A stretch of 64,000 nucleotides of DNA from Obrimoposthia wandeli (GCA_977020255.1 CDROCS010000358.1:186001-250000), one strand, 5' to 3'; positions 1-14,068 are shown, counted from the stretch's first letter. The notes: generated from the letters alone by a model not told the origin. Program-made: numbers and translations.

Positions 1-589
1 AGCTGATTATGTCATATCAAACTACATCATATCAAAAATTTGTTTTAATGCATCAATTTAAATGTCTGAAAATTCTAACATATGTTTATTATGGTCACAA
101 GTATTTTTGATTTTGTTGCATCATAACAAGATATATTTACTAAAATGTGCACATCACTTCATCTTATCTCTTCATAACTTCATCTTCTCCCCTCATTTCA
201 ACATACTATGTTTACTAAAGAAACTATGAAATCTCAGATGTTAAACTGAATTTAAGAAAAGATCAATATTCTACATGTTATGGACAACAGTTATTAAATC
301 TTAATTAAGGCATTGATATTCTAATGTAGAATTGAAACTTAAAATATATATATATATATCATAAGACTACTAAGGTTATTCATAATAATTTATCAATATA
401 GCTTGTATTCATCGATTTTATTATGGTTACAAAGTGTTATGTATTACTATCATTAGAAAATTATAGCTAAAGTAGATACTAAAATATCAACGTGGTATTA
501 ATAGCAACGTATAGCAAATATAGTAAACATACCTAGAAGGATGGAGTGTAGTAATCCACTGGAATGTCTTCTGATTGCTGGAAGATTGG

Positions 590-890
590 TTGAGCAGAGA
601 ATAGATTATAGTAATATTGTGTGTGTGAATGTGTGTATGTACATGCATGAATACTTATAAAAATTTATAAGTTGATTGAGCAAGGAAATAGACTATAGTA
701 ATATTGTATGTGTGTGTGTGTGAATACTTACAAAAAATATATATCAAATATACTATAGTAATATTGTATGTGTATGTATGTGTGAATACTTACAAAATTT
801 TACAAGCTGACAGAACAAGGAAAATAGAACATAGAGACTATTGTGTGTATGTGTGCATGTGTGTCTGAATACTTACAAAAATATAATACG
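590..890. repeat. Degenerate tandem repeat (about 4 units of 60-90 bp) with GT/AT microsatellite cores
   Basis: Recurring unit ctatagtaatattgt(atgtgt)n...gaatacttacaaaa. Confidence 0.7.
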
Positions 891-1859
891 CATAAAATAT
901 GTATAAGGTATATACAAAAATCTAATTATAAAACATTACATCTCTATCTTTTTCAATTCCATATCGATATTGTTTATCATAATAATGTTTGGGTTTCTAT
1001 TTAAAATGCTTTGGATTCAGATAGATCATCGGATGGAGGCCCTCAACGTGATTTCTATAGCAGTAGGGCTTGATGTTGTTTGTGGCTTATTTAGATTTTG
1101 CTTACTGTCTCAATGTCTTATCCGAAGGTTTGTTTTCTCTTGGTGTTGTGGAGATGTGTGAAGAGCTGAGTATATAGGTACTGGAAAAATTCCCTTAATG
1201 TGGTGTAATGTATGGAGTAGCTGATACTTGTTTGATTCTAGGAGCTTTGTTCAAACAACGCTGACTAACTGTAGGAAACTTTATTCTCTAAAACACACTA
1301 AGTTACGTTTCTAAAAATTGATAACAATTAGTCCTAATTTATCTTCACAACTTCGCACAAATCTTACGTATCGATTTTAATCTGTCTTATTGATTTTCAA
1401 ATTAAGCTTTAAATTCTTTTAACGATTTATCTTACAAAATTGTGGGCGATTTTAATTTAACGTTAACTTCTTTTAACTTTATCGTATAAAATATGGACGA
1501 CCTTAATTCAAATTTTTTAATTCTAAAATATGGACGACTTTATCAAATTATTTCAATTCTAAAATATGGTTTCTTACGTCGTCCCACCGATGATCCTGCT
1601 GATCCCGGTAGCTGGAGTCCTCGTTCGTTATTCGAGTAGACTGGAGTTCGATACAGTCCTCTCTAGTTCTGTTTGTCCCACTAGCTCGATATGCGGGTAC
1701 TCAAATTAACGGGGCTTCCTGCAAGATTCGGTCTTAATTTCAATTGACTTGGCTCGCGTTTCTTACCTTGAATATCCTCTGGTAGGTGTAGACGGTCGTG
1801 CGTCTAATCGTCTTCTGTGGCGCTCGGATTTTATCGACAAAACTTCTTTATCATTTGAA

Positions 1860-2200
1860 GGAAATTCGTGATATTTAGCAGATTCTAGAAGGGAAATGTA
1901 TGATATCCGGAAAATCAATGATATTTAACTGGTTATATAGGAGAAACTAAATATATCTTCAACAAATCTATGATATGTAAGTGGTTCTATAAGAGAAACC
2001 AATGATATGATCAAGAAATTCATGATATTTGGCACGTTCTAGAATTGAAATGTATAATATCTCCAAGAAATCTATGATATTTAAGTGGTTCTATAAGATA
2101 AATGTATGATATTTTCAGGAAATTTATGATATTTAGTTGATTCTAGAGAAATTATTGATATGTTCACCAATTTGATATTTGGAAGGTTCTTAGAGGATTC
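1860..2200. repeat. Degenerate minisatellite, unit about 50 bp
   Basis: Recurring gaaat(c/t)tatgatattt...ggttcta(t/g)a(a/g)ga. Confidence 0.65.
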
Positions 2201-2324
2201 CATTGGACTTTTAACTCATTATCCAAAGAAGTACCCCTGGATTGCTTAAGATGTAGATTATATTTCATACATAGAACAATGATTTTGAACGAGATTACTA
2301 TTAGTCATTTCAGATGATTAGAGG

Positions 2325-2455
2325 ATAATATCGTGGTAGTTAGGATAATATCGTGGTAGTTAGGTAAATCTCGTGGTAGTTAAGATAATTTCATGATAGT
2401 TAGAATTTAATCTCAAGGTAGTTAAGAGGAAAAAAACGTGGTAGTTAAGATAATT
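2325..2455. repeat. Tandem repeat of about 21 bp, 5-6 copies
   Basis: ggataatatcgtggtagtta and variants repeated head to tail. Confidence 0.7.
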
Positions 2456-4093
2456 TCATAGAGAGTTGGCGAACATATCTATATTTGCACATAATTATAT
2501 GTGAAGATGTGCATATTCTGATTGGTTGATGCAAGTATTTGCAAAATATTACAAGCTTCTAATTGGATTACAAGAACAAGGAGAGTTGGTGCATATGTAT
2601 ATGTCTATATTTGGACATAAATGTATGTAAAGAAAAGTGTGTGTGTTCTGATTGTGAAAGTATTTGAAAACATATGTATGTTAAGAACAGTCTATATCAT
2701 GAATCGATTTATCAGTATATGTGAGAATAACTTATAGTACTAATTATTCTCATGTAATTACATGGCTGGTAATCTCATATCCTAATACTTATGAAAATCA
2801 ATGAAAATACTTATCAGTGACAACTCATGGTACTGAATGAGAACTTGTAAATATATTGAAATCTATTCATTCTGTTGAATTCATGAATCATAAACCAAAT
2901 CAATTATACTTAATCCATGATAATTAATCAAATACATCAAATATCTGTATATTTCAAGTAAAATACATCAAATATCATATTAAGTTAATCAATAAATACA
3001 TGTAAATCTGTTAAATCCCTAGTAAAACACAACAAATATCCGATAAGTCAAATATAGTAAATATCTGCTATATCAAACATGATTAATTATCCGTGAATGA
3101 ATGTAGCTGTATAAAACCTTTTAAAATATATCAAAATATCTAATGTTAACCAAGTCCTCGTTAAATCTATAACAATTCAATCAATAAAAATATTATATAA
3201 ATTATTTCAAACACTCTAAATCTTTATCAAATCAACGTTAATTAATCAATAAATCCGAGTAAAAATATCATATAAAGTCATTAAATATTCACAAATATCT
3301 ATAATCAAACTTGACTTACATGATTGGAGAAGTGGCATGATTCTTTAGTAAGAATCCCATTATATGATAAGGATCTTGAAATTGTAGCAATTTGATGGGA
3401 GGAGATATCTAAACTGTTTGAATTAATCCACTGATGTATTTGTTAACATTGTGAAATAATGTCTGAATAGTTTATCTAACCTGATTGGTCGAGCATTGGT
3501 TGTATCCATGAATATATGTTATTGATTTTGTCTAGATCTCGAGTGTGTGTATAAGATATATATATTAGATTTCAATATAAGATATCGTTTATAATGAAAC
3601 TATCTTCTATCATATCCCCGAGAAATTTTCAAATACCCTAAATTCATACATATTGAAACATCTAAAAATTTCAAATATCATATCAAATCTTTGTAACAAT
3701 CAAGTAAAATTCTTACGCTACAGTTATTTTAAAATATCATACGTTGCAGTTATTTTAAAATATTCTACGTTGCAGTTGTTTAATCAATATGATTAACTTT
3801 AAACATTTTTGTTGTAAAGAGTTTCCTTATAATGTTTGATGAACAATTGTGTAGAGGAAAATTTGAAAAGTGAATGAATCAATAAACGCGAATCGATATA
3901 TCCATTTCTTTATCGTTAACCCGAAAGAAATTTTGAAATACCATAAATTCCTATATCATCATAGATACATATTGATTATTGAAACAGCGAAAATATCAAT
4001 ATTATTAACAACATCCAGTTTCAGTATCATCAACCAGCATAAAGTCCTTGATAATTGGAATAATGACATTTCAAATATGGTATTAAAATTTAT

Positions 4094-4660
4094 AGTATAA
4101 AGTGGAGTAATGTAGAAAACTTAGATGTTTTGAAAGTTAAATTGATTATTGTACAAACCCACATACAATTCATTATGACAGCTCCTATATACCCTCACAA
4201 GGTATCTTATACCATAATTAGTAATAATACACATATTTCATCTATATCATAACACATTTCGAAAATTCCAAAAAAACCTTAACAATAATGTATTTAATCC
4301 ATCATAAGTATTTTATCTGTTTGCAGCTATTGATTATTGATTCATCATTAGGAGTTAAGTATGATCTTTCTAAATAGTTTCTCTTCATTTTATTGAGGTA
4401 TATCTATTCATTTCTCCTGCATATTCTGTCCCCTCTACTACGCTTCCAGTTATGCCTCCTACATCAACAGTTGGTATGATCCCCGCACCGTTACCCGCAA
4501 GATAAGTGTTATGTCCTTTTCCGATAGCTCTGTTGCGAAGTTACCCAGGGTATATAGGAGCTGTTATAATGAATTGTATGTGGGCTTGTACAATAATCAA
4601 TTTAACTTTTAAAACATCTATGTCTTCTCCATAATTAGCTACATTACTTCACTTTATACT
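4094..4660. mobile_element. Foldback/MITE-like element with about 100 bp terminal inverted repeats
   Basis: 4094-4195 (agtataaagtggagtaatgtag...cctatataccct) is the reverse complement of 4547-4660 apart from a few substitutions and one indel; no ORF inside. Confidence 0.65.
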
Positions 4661-5099
4661 CTAAATCTCAGTGTGCATGCAAATGTAAAATTTGCTGTAA
4701 GTCAAAAAAATAAAAGGATTCATAATAATTGTTTTCGTTACTTAGTCAATCAGTAAAAATAAAAGTTTACAATATAAAATAGTGTTATTTTCCAGAAACA
4801 AATAATCTTTTAACTACGAGAATTATATCATTATTTGATATTACCAATATTACTATTTTTATAGTCGTCATTTTTTTTCTTTTGTTTTTTTAGTATAATT
4901 TGATTATTATTATTCAATTTACGGCCTTTTATTTACTAATTACTTCATGTGAGTACTTTTTTAAATTTTATATATGTAATCACATTTTTTAGTTGTTATT
5001 CAAGTTTATTAGTATCCTTCAATTATTTTTTACATTTATAAGGTTATTTTTATTAAATGCATTCTTTTTTTATTAGGTTTCACTCAGTTTTTTTTTGTT

Positions 5100-8000
5100 T
5101 TTTTTCTCTTTCATTAGATGAATTTATGACACTTGGTATTATGCATGTCATTATTGCAACCTGAGGGTTAGTAAAGTTTACGCAAATGGATTGATTTTTT
5201 TGTTATATTTTGTTTTAGCGTTTTAATTTTTATTGTTGATCATATGAAAATGATAGATATTTCAATCAAATTTGCTATCATTATGAGTTCAGCTTGATAT
5301 TTTTTTATGATATGTTTTCTAAATATTTTTGTTGGCTATAATATGTTATATTTTATAAATTGGTAAAAATTTTTAGATTTTTTTTTAAAATTAATTGGTA
5401 CTGTATGTTTTTTTAGTGGTGAGTGGTCAATTATTCTTAGGTATTTTTGTTGTGTATTATGACGTTTATATTTCGATTTTTGTTGTAGTTTCTAGTAAGT
5501 ATTCTTCTATTTTTGTTATTGAGCAAATTCCACACTAAATAGTAAGTTTAAATATTCTCGATTTATAATAATTCTTAGGTTTTCTAGAGTGATTATATTT
5601 TACAAGTATCCAGTATGTGTCCACACAATCTACAAACCATTAGTTTACTTGTAATTATACATTTTCCAAATTGTATTATTTTATTTCGTTGTTTTAAGAA
5701 TTTCCTTGTTAAATTATGAATTGTTTGTGATTTTTCTATGTATTTTTTTGTAATTTTTTTATACACCATTTTTTTATATACAATTTGGTTTCCTTTATAT
5801 TTCTCTTATGATTTTTTTGTCGAAATCGTCTTTATTAGTTAAATTTTCCTTTTTATCATTATTTGCGTTGTGTTTATATGTTTTGCTGTTTCTAAAATTG
5901 TATCTAGATATTTGTGAGTTTTTATATTTCTTTGGTAATGTGTATTATTTTGTAAATGCAATCTGATTTTTTTTGTATAATGTTTATCCACAGATATTTT
6001 CTGTTTCAGTATTTTATCTTTATGAGTTTAGTATAGTTAACATTTGTAATACAGTGTTTATTTTACATTTGATCTCAAAATGTATTTGTGGTTTTTTACA
6101 GTTGAGTTTTCTTCAAGTACTTGCTGATATAAATTTATGTGTACTCTTATTTCTTTTAGTTTTAGGTTATTTTCAAGTTTGGCTGTTATATTGGTTCCGT
6201 TATTACTAATTATTGTATATTGACAATTGTATAGCATATCTAATTTGTGAGATTAAATGAATGTAATTTGTGAGTTGTGATTCATTATTTTACTTCCAAA
6301 TTTTATTTCTGACGATCAAGTTGGTCTGTTGTAATATTATTTATAGTTTTTTTTAATATTTTTTATAAATAACTTAGCTTTTTTAAATGATAGTTTTAGT
6401 CTTTTTCTAACTTATTTTTATGTTTTGGTATTTCTATATACTGTGTTGTGGGTTGAATTAATGTGAGATTAATATACATGTAAGGATCTCTATGGAACAT
6501 AAGGTAGAATGGTGTTTCTCCAGTAGTAAAAGCATCTTTAAAATTTAAATATTTAACTATTAGTACTCTTTTCTATAGTTTAGGTTTTACTATTGAGTTG
6601 TGACTATGATGTTCACAATATGTTATGAATATCTCTATGTTAATAATAAGTGATACGGATTATTATTTCGATTGGGATTTATTGTAAATCAAAAATATCT
6701 AAAACATACGATGATTTGTCACAAATATGATTGTTGTTATTATGTCCAGCTTTTGTTGTATTTATAGTCCAGGTGAGAGTGGGCAGCAACCAGAGATAGA
6801 GAGATTGCAGAGAGGGAAACCGAACGGGAAGAACGGCAGAGCGAGAAGTGTTCCGCAACAGATGAAAGACTGGTCCGTAAGTGAAGGGCAGCCAGTCAGT
6901 TCTGCTGTCTGTGTTAGTAGTCGTCGCCGATGCAGGGGGCAAGGACGACCGATAAAAACTGGTAGGGGAATAATCCCGGATTTGATGATGTAGCTGTCTG
7001 TAAGAGCAACCTTGGGAAGGACCGAGACAGCCTGATCTGTAAGGCTATTTCACTGATCTGATTAAACTTGTTTCGATCGCAGAGCGAACTGAATCAAGTT
7101 AGTCCAGTCGACCTGCGATCGAATCTCAAACAGTGACATTTATCTATCACTTTTATCTCCGGGAACTGACAAAATAAATTTTAAAAAATGTGCACCGAAT
7201 TAATTAAACTTAACATCTATGCGTACTCTACAATCAAAATCTTCTGCATAAATAAAATCTGTTTCTTGGTTTACTTGATATAATTTTGTATTTTTAATTT
7301 TTACCATTTTTAGATCAGCCTCTGTGCATTGATGCAAATCTAATAAAGAATTTTTTTAATATTTTGGGCAGTCATATACTTCTAGAGTATTAATTGGATT
7401 TATCATGTTCATAAATATACATATTGTTAATATTATCTGTATAATTCTCCACAAACTCTGTATAATTTTGTTGAAATTATTTGTATTTTTACAAATTTTT
7501 GATTTTGACTTTTTGGTGTTTTTCGTTTTACTTGTATTTTGATTTCTTTTCTTGTATTTGAGCAGTTTGGTATGTTTTTTTTATTGTTTATTTATTTTTT
7601 TGTAATGTTAGACAACCATCTCTAAATATATCTTCAAATTCGAATTGTAAGTTTGTTTTATCTGTATGTGGTTAATTATTATGGTATTGATGATGTATTT
7701 CTCTGTAGCAAATATCCATTTCTTTAAGTTTTTATTTTTAATAACGCAAGCTCGTCTGTGTTTGGAGTTGTTTCTGCATTTTCAATAGTGTATATAGGGT
7801 TTCTGGGAGTATATTGTTGATCTTTAGTATTGAATTGTACTGCTTTTTGAATTTTTGGTTGCTGTTTTATTGCTGTGTTTCCAAATTGATTCATCATTGT
7901 GTTTGATTTCCACAGTCATCGGTGTTGTGATTTTTCATATTACATATCTTACAAAATTTTGTATTTGTATCTATTTTAATTATTGTAATTATTATTTGAT

Positions 8001-9110
8001 TTATTGTAATTATTATTCCTTGGTAGTGTATTATTACTTTGTCTATTCATTTTTTTCTACAAGTTTTGATTGTATGATTTTGGAGTCCACAATTCATGCA
8101 TTTTCGAAAAGATCTTTGTTTAAATTGTGAGTTTTTAAAATTTCTATTTGACTGATCTCTATAAAAATTATTAGTTGGTGGTCTAAATTGTTGAAGATTT
8201 TGAAAATTATATTGGGTTAAAATTCTGAGTTTGGTTGTAGTTTGGTGGTGTTTGTGGTCGTTATATTTTTTCAAAAGATAGTGCTGAAATCTCGGTTTGC
8301 TATAACATATTTAGTATTGCTTCTACTAGCTGAGCTTTTCCTATAGCTTGTTGAAAGTTTTCCACTTCTAGTAATCCCGGGTGATCTCTGATTTTATTAT
8401 TTAAACCATATAAGAACTGATTTAAAAATAATCATTCTCTTTGTGCTTCCTCAATTTTTGAAAATGATTATGAAGCTAATCGTCGCCATTCGTCTGCAAA
8501 AATGTTTGTGGGTTCTCCTATATGTTGTTCACGTTGTCTGAATTGATTTACATACATTTGTTCTGATTGTACTCCTAAATGTTCCCATGTGTCTTTTTGT
8601 TGCTCAGTTAATCCTCTATAAATAGTTAAGGCAGTACTCTTTAGATATGCCAGGAAAACTCTAAGTTTTTCTGGGTTTGTCCATTCAAATGCCTGAGCAA
8701 ATGAATCGTATATATTCAAGAATTCGGGCAAAGAAGATTTATTGCCATTAAAAGCGTCTAGTGGTACATTCAGTCTATGACCTGCCATCTGAAGTACTTC
8801 GTTTATTTGTTCGTTATTTATTTCTATGTTATGTGTTCTGGTAGTGCCACTGTTTCTGTTGTATCTGAAGAGTTGTCTGAGTCAGACGTTTGTGGTAATG
8901 ATAACTTTCTGTATCAAAAGTTAATGTTAGGTTTATGTCTGATTATTGTTTCAAATGTTTCGATTGTAAGAATGTTTGTTAAACTTGCTGAATCGCTATA
9001 AAATGTTTTATATTTGTTTTGAGAAAGTGATGGAGTTCAGGGAAAAAATCGTTTTGCTTATTTATTTTGTTAAATTAATATATGCAAATTTCTTGTTTCT
9101 TTGTGTTTTA
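5100..9110 (-). pseudogene. Degenerate, internally deleted copy of the Gag-glycoprotein-Pol Gypsy family
   Basis: Minus strand is collinear with 12240-20870. It shows gag (8468-8788, MAGHRLNVPLDAFNG), the signal peptide and LEVYDC glycoprotein start (about 7185-7480), the integrase C-terminus (about 6000-6520) and the post-integrase region; many stops and frameshifts. Confidence 0.85.
6717..7138. mobile_element. Candidate solo LTR of a different family, nested in the degenerate copy
   Basis: Termini TGTCAC...GTGACA, 422 bp, GC-richer than its flanks, minus-strand TATA-like ctataaatac; no matching TSD seen. Confidence 0.5.
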
Positions 9111-9252
9111 TCATATAATCTTCAAATTTAGTTTGATTTTATAATCGTCGAGGGTGTTTTTTTTTTTTTACATCTTAGTCCCTGTAGAACAATGTACCCA
9201 GATTCTTCCTGGCAATAAGCATATTTTCATATTAGAAAGGCTGAAACCTCAT

Positions 9253-9283
<31 letters not shown>

Positions 9284-10253
9284 CTATACCTACCAAACTC
9301 ACTCTGTAGGCCTCCATATGAGAAACCTAAAGATATTTTTAAGAAAATCCCACCAAAAATAAATTCTATGGAACGTAGCCTAGATCTCATAAATACTTGA
9401 TAAATTCCATAGAATATATTTTACTTGGCTCTATACACTGCAAGAAATATAGAACGTCTTAATTCATTTCGTACTAAAGAATGTAAACTCTATTATAAGA
9501 TAATGTATAGTGAAATATAGTTTACTCATATATTTTTCATCGAAATCGTTCTGCAATATAACAATAAATTCTTCAAATGGCAACAAATACGTGAAGATAT
9601 AAAAATAACTTAAAATATGAGGACGTCATATATCGAATTTGAACAACGTTTAATTGGCATAGTGCTAAATTCAATTTTTAAAAATTTTATATTCAAAAAA
9701 AACTTTTTTCAAAAATTTCTCTGTGCAAAATATCATCTGCAATATAACTTATTTTAATGCAATAAATTACAAATGAATGTATTCTTGATATAAAATTTAT
9801 AATATATAAACATTAAATTCAATAAATTATTTATATGCAATTGTTTTAATCTTCCTCTTATAAATAATATATTTAAAATCCTTTAAATATATTTAATACA
9901 ATTGTCCGATTTAGTCTAATAAATAGTCACGATTGATTTTAAATTATAAAATCAAATTTGTGCTACAAAATATATGATTTTAATTGTAAACTATCGACGA
10001 ATACTCTAACCGTGTTATATTCAAAAAAATTAAATTAATTTTTTTGATATTGACTAAATGTTTATTTTAAAAGTTTTTTTTAATATTTCTAAACCACATT
10101 AATAAAATAATTAGTATCGTCTTTATAGTCTTTAAAAGAGTTTTCAATTTTTAAAATAAATAAATTTGTTAATGGAATTTTGTGCCATACAAATATTAAG
10201 TTTTGTACCACTGCTTAATATATTCATATTTTGTGCTTATATATTGTAATCCA
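9253..10253. repeat. Dispersed non-autonomous element with (CTAA)7 at one end, copy 1
   Basis: Highly similar to 31630-32453; both copies end at gtaatccac. Confidence 0.8.
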
Positions 10254-10525
10254 CAATTATAGCGCCCTTAATGGGTCTTACTTTTACCGTGCGATAAAGT
10301 TGTGTGTATGTCGATTTTATTTTCATGGAAATCTACACTTTTGCACTCGGTGCATTTCTATTTTGCATTACTGTGTTCGTTGGGCAATTTTATTATTCGG
10401 TCTAAATGGGATTCTAAAATCAACGGTTGAATTAAAACGGTGTTGTGCCATCCATCACAAATTGCCCTAGACTTGCTAATCGATGTTTTGTATTGCGTGA
10501 TTTTGCATTGATGTTATTTTTACCT

Positions 10526-10927
10526 TGTGTGACGATTGCTATTTATAGCAATCGTCGATTTGCCAGACCTGTGTGTTTGATTGGTCCCGGTCTGGCAACT
10601 TTATCTTGTTATCTCTCCCTGACATTTGGGCGATTGCTATTTATAGCAATCGTCGTTCGGATTTATTCTAGTGGAATTTTTAGACTTACAAAAATTTATC
10701 TGTATTTCAATTTCCTAAAAGAAGAATATATTATTTGATTTATTTGAATTTCCCAATTTTCTAAAAGAAGAACATATTATTTGATTTATTTGAATTTCCC
10801 GATTTTTCTAAAAGAAGAATATATTATTTGATTTATTTGAATTTCTCAATTTTCTAAAAGAAAAAACTGATTTTATTTAAAACTGTTCAAACTTCAATTA
10901 CCGCTCAGAAACTATTCAAATATAACA
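10526..10927 (+). repeat. 5' LTR (402 bp) containing a 43-bp tandem repeat
   Basis: Starts tgtgt, ends gaaactattcaaatataaca; shares blocks with 24101-24777. Confidence 0.8.
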
Positions 10928-10928
10928 T

Positions 10929-10943
10929 TGGTGAGCTCGACTT
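10929..10943 (+). promoter_or_regulatory. Primer-binding-site-like sequence
   Basis: TGGTGAGCTCGACTT begins 1 nt after the LTR end; cognate tRNA not identified. Confidence 0.65.
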
Positions 10944-12574
10944 AGAGCACGATACGGAAATTAGACTACAGGTCATTTATTTATTTATTTTTGTATAATA
11001 ATATTTAGTTTATTGTATTAGTTTATTATTTAGTTTATAGTGTATTATTAAAAAGAAAATCGAATTGATTTTGTTTTTCTTACATTTGAGTTTTAGTTGT
11101 CCCTTTTTGACATTAAAGAATTATATTTATTTTACATTTATTTAACTTTGATAGGATTCATTTAGTTTCTCAAGTTTTAGCTGTAATTTATTTTTACATT
11201 TAATGTTCATATTTTTGTCTGTTGTAATAATTTAATTGAATTGTTAGTTATCCATTTGATTATTTTTATATACATAGCATTCTAATTTGCTTTAGTTTAT
11301 ATTTTATTACATAATTTGAATATACATAGATTCAAAATATTTCCTTTTGGGTTATTTAAACTCATTTAAAAAATTATCTTAGTTTTACAACTTTACAAAT
11401 ATTTATAATTTCAAAAACTTATAACATTTTATTTTTTGTGTAAATTTGTGATTCGTATAAAGTATCGGGAACTTTTATATTACCTTGATTGATATATTAG
11501 ATATAAAATACTAAAATAATATAGTTGAGGTGTTTGCAGCTGTGCGCACAAGCCTCGTAAGATTAAAAACATAATTTTGTTTCCGGAAACATAGTCGGGT
11601 CCTGTTATCTAATTTTCTTTTATAATTTGAGTCGTGTTGATTATTTTAATCATAAGTTATAGAAAATTTTGAAAAAATTTTAACATTTTCCTTTGAACCG
11701 GTTTACCAGTAGGAAATTCGTTTTTTGAGAACTATAAATTGGAGTGGATTTATCTATTAGAGGCGTAAAAGTAAAATAAATAACTAAAAAGATAATAAAA
11801 GTTAAAATAATCATATAAATATATTTTTGTATAAAAATAAAATTGATCAAAAAATTTAAAATTTTGTCGCAAATTGTCTTGTTTCCCAAGTTACGTCGAG
11901 TGCTATCATATAAAGACTATATACTGGTTGGCGGTGGTAGTGCTCAAAGTGATAAGGGACAGAGATTGTTGAGATAAATTTTTGAGTCTTGTTATTGTTC
12001 TAAAAAATTAAAAAACAAAATAAAATAAAACTTCGGAAAGATAAATTTTCTCCAGAGATTTTCAGAGAGCGTGTTTTTAATATTGATAAGAGAGTTTGAT
12101 TTTGAGATTGACTAAATAACTTTTACGAATTCCTCCGAAATATTTTTAGTTTCAGTACGCAGTACGCATTTTTCATTTGTGCAATATTTGATTTTGAAAC
12201 TTTAAATAAATTATTAATAACACAAACCCAAAAATCTATCACAAAAACAGACACACAAAATAAGTAAACAAAAACGTAGCGCTAGCCTTCACTGGAGAAG
12301 AATTCAAACAAGATTAGTTAGAACAGACTCCAGTGAAAAAACAATTCAAAGACCCAAATCACAAATCAGTTTTACAACAAATAACGATTTACTTACACAG
12401 ACTTCCCCACTCTCAGAACATCTGGACCTAGCTTTAACCTCAGATACAGAGAGTTTACCTTCACCACAAACATCTGACTCGGATAGTTCGTCAGAAATAA
12501 CGGAAGCAGTAGCCGTCCCAGAACCACCTATTGTACAGATAAACAACGAACAAATAATCGATCAACCTCAAATA

Positions 12575-14060
12575 ATGGCTGAACATAAATTAAATGTTCC
12601 TTTAGACGCTTTCAATGGCGATAAATCCTCATTACCCGAATTTTTAAATAGATTTGATTCATTTGCTCAAGCATTTGAATGGACTAATGAAGAGAAACTT
12701 AGGGTTTTTCCAGCGTATTTAAAAGGCACTGCCTTAACAATTTATAGAGGATTAAACAATGAACAAAAAGACACATGGGACCATTTAGTTCAGAATTTTC
12801 AAAATATGATTTTAGGAACCCAATCAGAGCAAAATTACTTAAATCAGTTTAGACAACGTGAGCAACATTTAGGAGAACCCACAAATATTTTTGCAATTGA
12901 ATTAAGACGTTTAGCCCTAAAATCATTCCCTGGAATTGAGGAAGTTTTAAGAGAGCGCTTACTGTTACATCAGTTTCTACATGGATTAAATAATAAAATC
13001 AAAAATCATCCAGCTCTACTAGAAGTAGAAAATTTTCAGCAAGCTGTAAATAAGGCTCAACTTGTAGAAACAAGATTAAACATGTTACAACAATCTGAGG
13101 TTTCAGCATTAACCTTTGAAAAAATACAAAGACCAACAACACCACCAAATTTCAATCAAACTCAAAACTATAACCCAAATACACAATCTAATTACCAAAG
13201 CCAACAACAATATACACCACCGACAAATAACTTTTATAGAAATCAAACAAACAGAAACTATACAGACTCACAAATTACACAAAGACCTTTCCAGAAATGT
13301 ACAAATTGTGGACTACAAAATCACACAATAGAGAATTGTTATAAAATAACCAACAACAAATTTTGTAGATTTTGTAAAAAAGACAATCATACTATTGAAA
13401 CTTGCCGAAAACTGTTATACAGACAAAGTAATAATATACAACCACAAAATAATAACTTTAACAATCCTAATAATAATTTCAAAAATACAAATAATAATTT
13501 TAGAAGCCCATATAATAATTTCAATAATCAAAATAATCAAGCTAAATATTTTAATACTAATACAAAATTTTGTAAAATTTGTAATATGAAAAATCACAAT
13601 ACTGATGAATGTAGCAAACTAAATACAATGATGAACCAATTTGGTAACACAACAATAAAACAACAACAACAACCACAACCACAGATTCAAAAAACAGTAC
13701 AGTTTAACAATCAAAATCAACAATATGCTTACAGAAACCCAATACATACTATTGAAAACACTGATATAAATCAGGAAACAGAAGAAGTTGCATTGATGAG
13801 ATTAAGACAACAAGAAATAGATAATCGCTATAAAGAAACACATCAGCAATACCAAAACAATGAGCAAAACACAAATAGTACCAACTCTCAATCTGAATTC
13901 GGAGAAATATTTAGAAACGGTTGTCTAACATTAGAAAAAAGAACACAAATAAGTACAAAAATAAATCAAACCACTCAAACACAAGATAAAAAATCGAAAA
14001 ATAAAAATAAACGAAAATCACCAAAAAATAGTAAAAATTCAAATCTTAAAAATACATATA
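12575..14060 (+). CDS. gag: Gag: capsid domain plus three CCHC zinc knuckles and Asn/Gln-rich linkers
   Basis: AFNGD..LPEFLNRF..AQAFEW..EKL, FRQREQ; knuckles CTNCGLQNHTIENC, CRFCKKDNHTIETC, CKICNMKNHNTDEC. Confidence 0.9.
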
Positions 14061-14068
14061 ATTTTAAC

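Noticed and set aside
960-1860. GC-richer patches resembling exons of a decayed minus-strand gene
   Set aside because: No consistent frame or recognisable motif
11680-11889. Antisense hydrophobic ORF in the retroelement leader
   Set aside because: TTG start, and the hydrophobicity follows from AT-rich composition; no support
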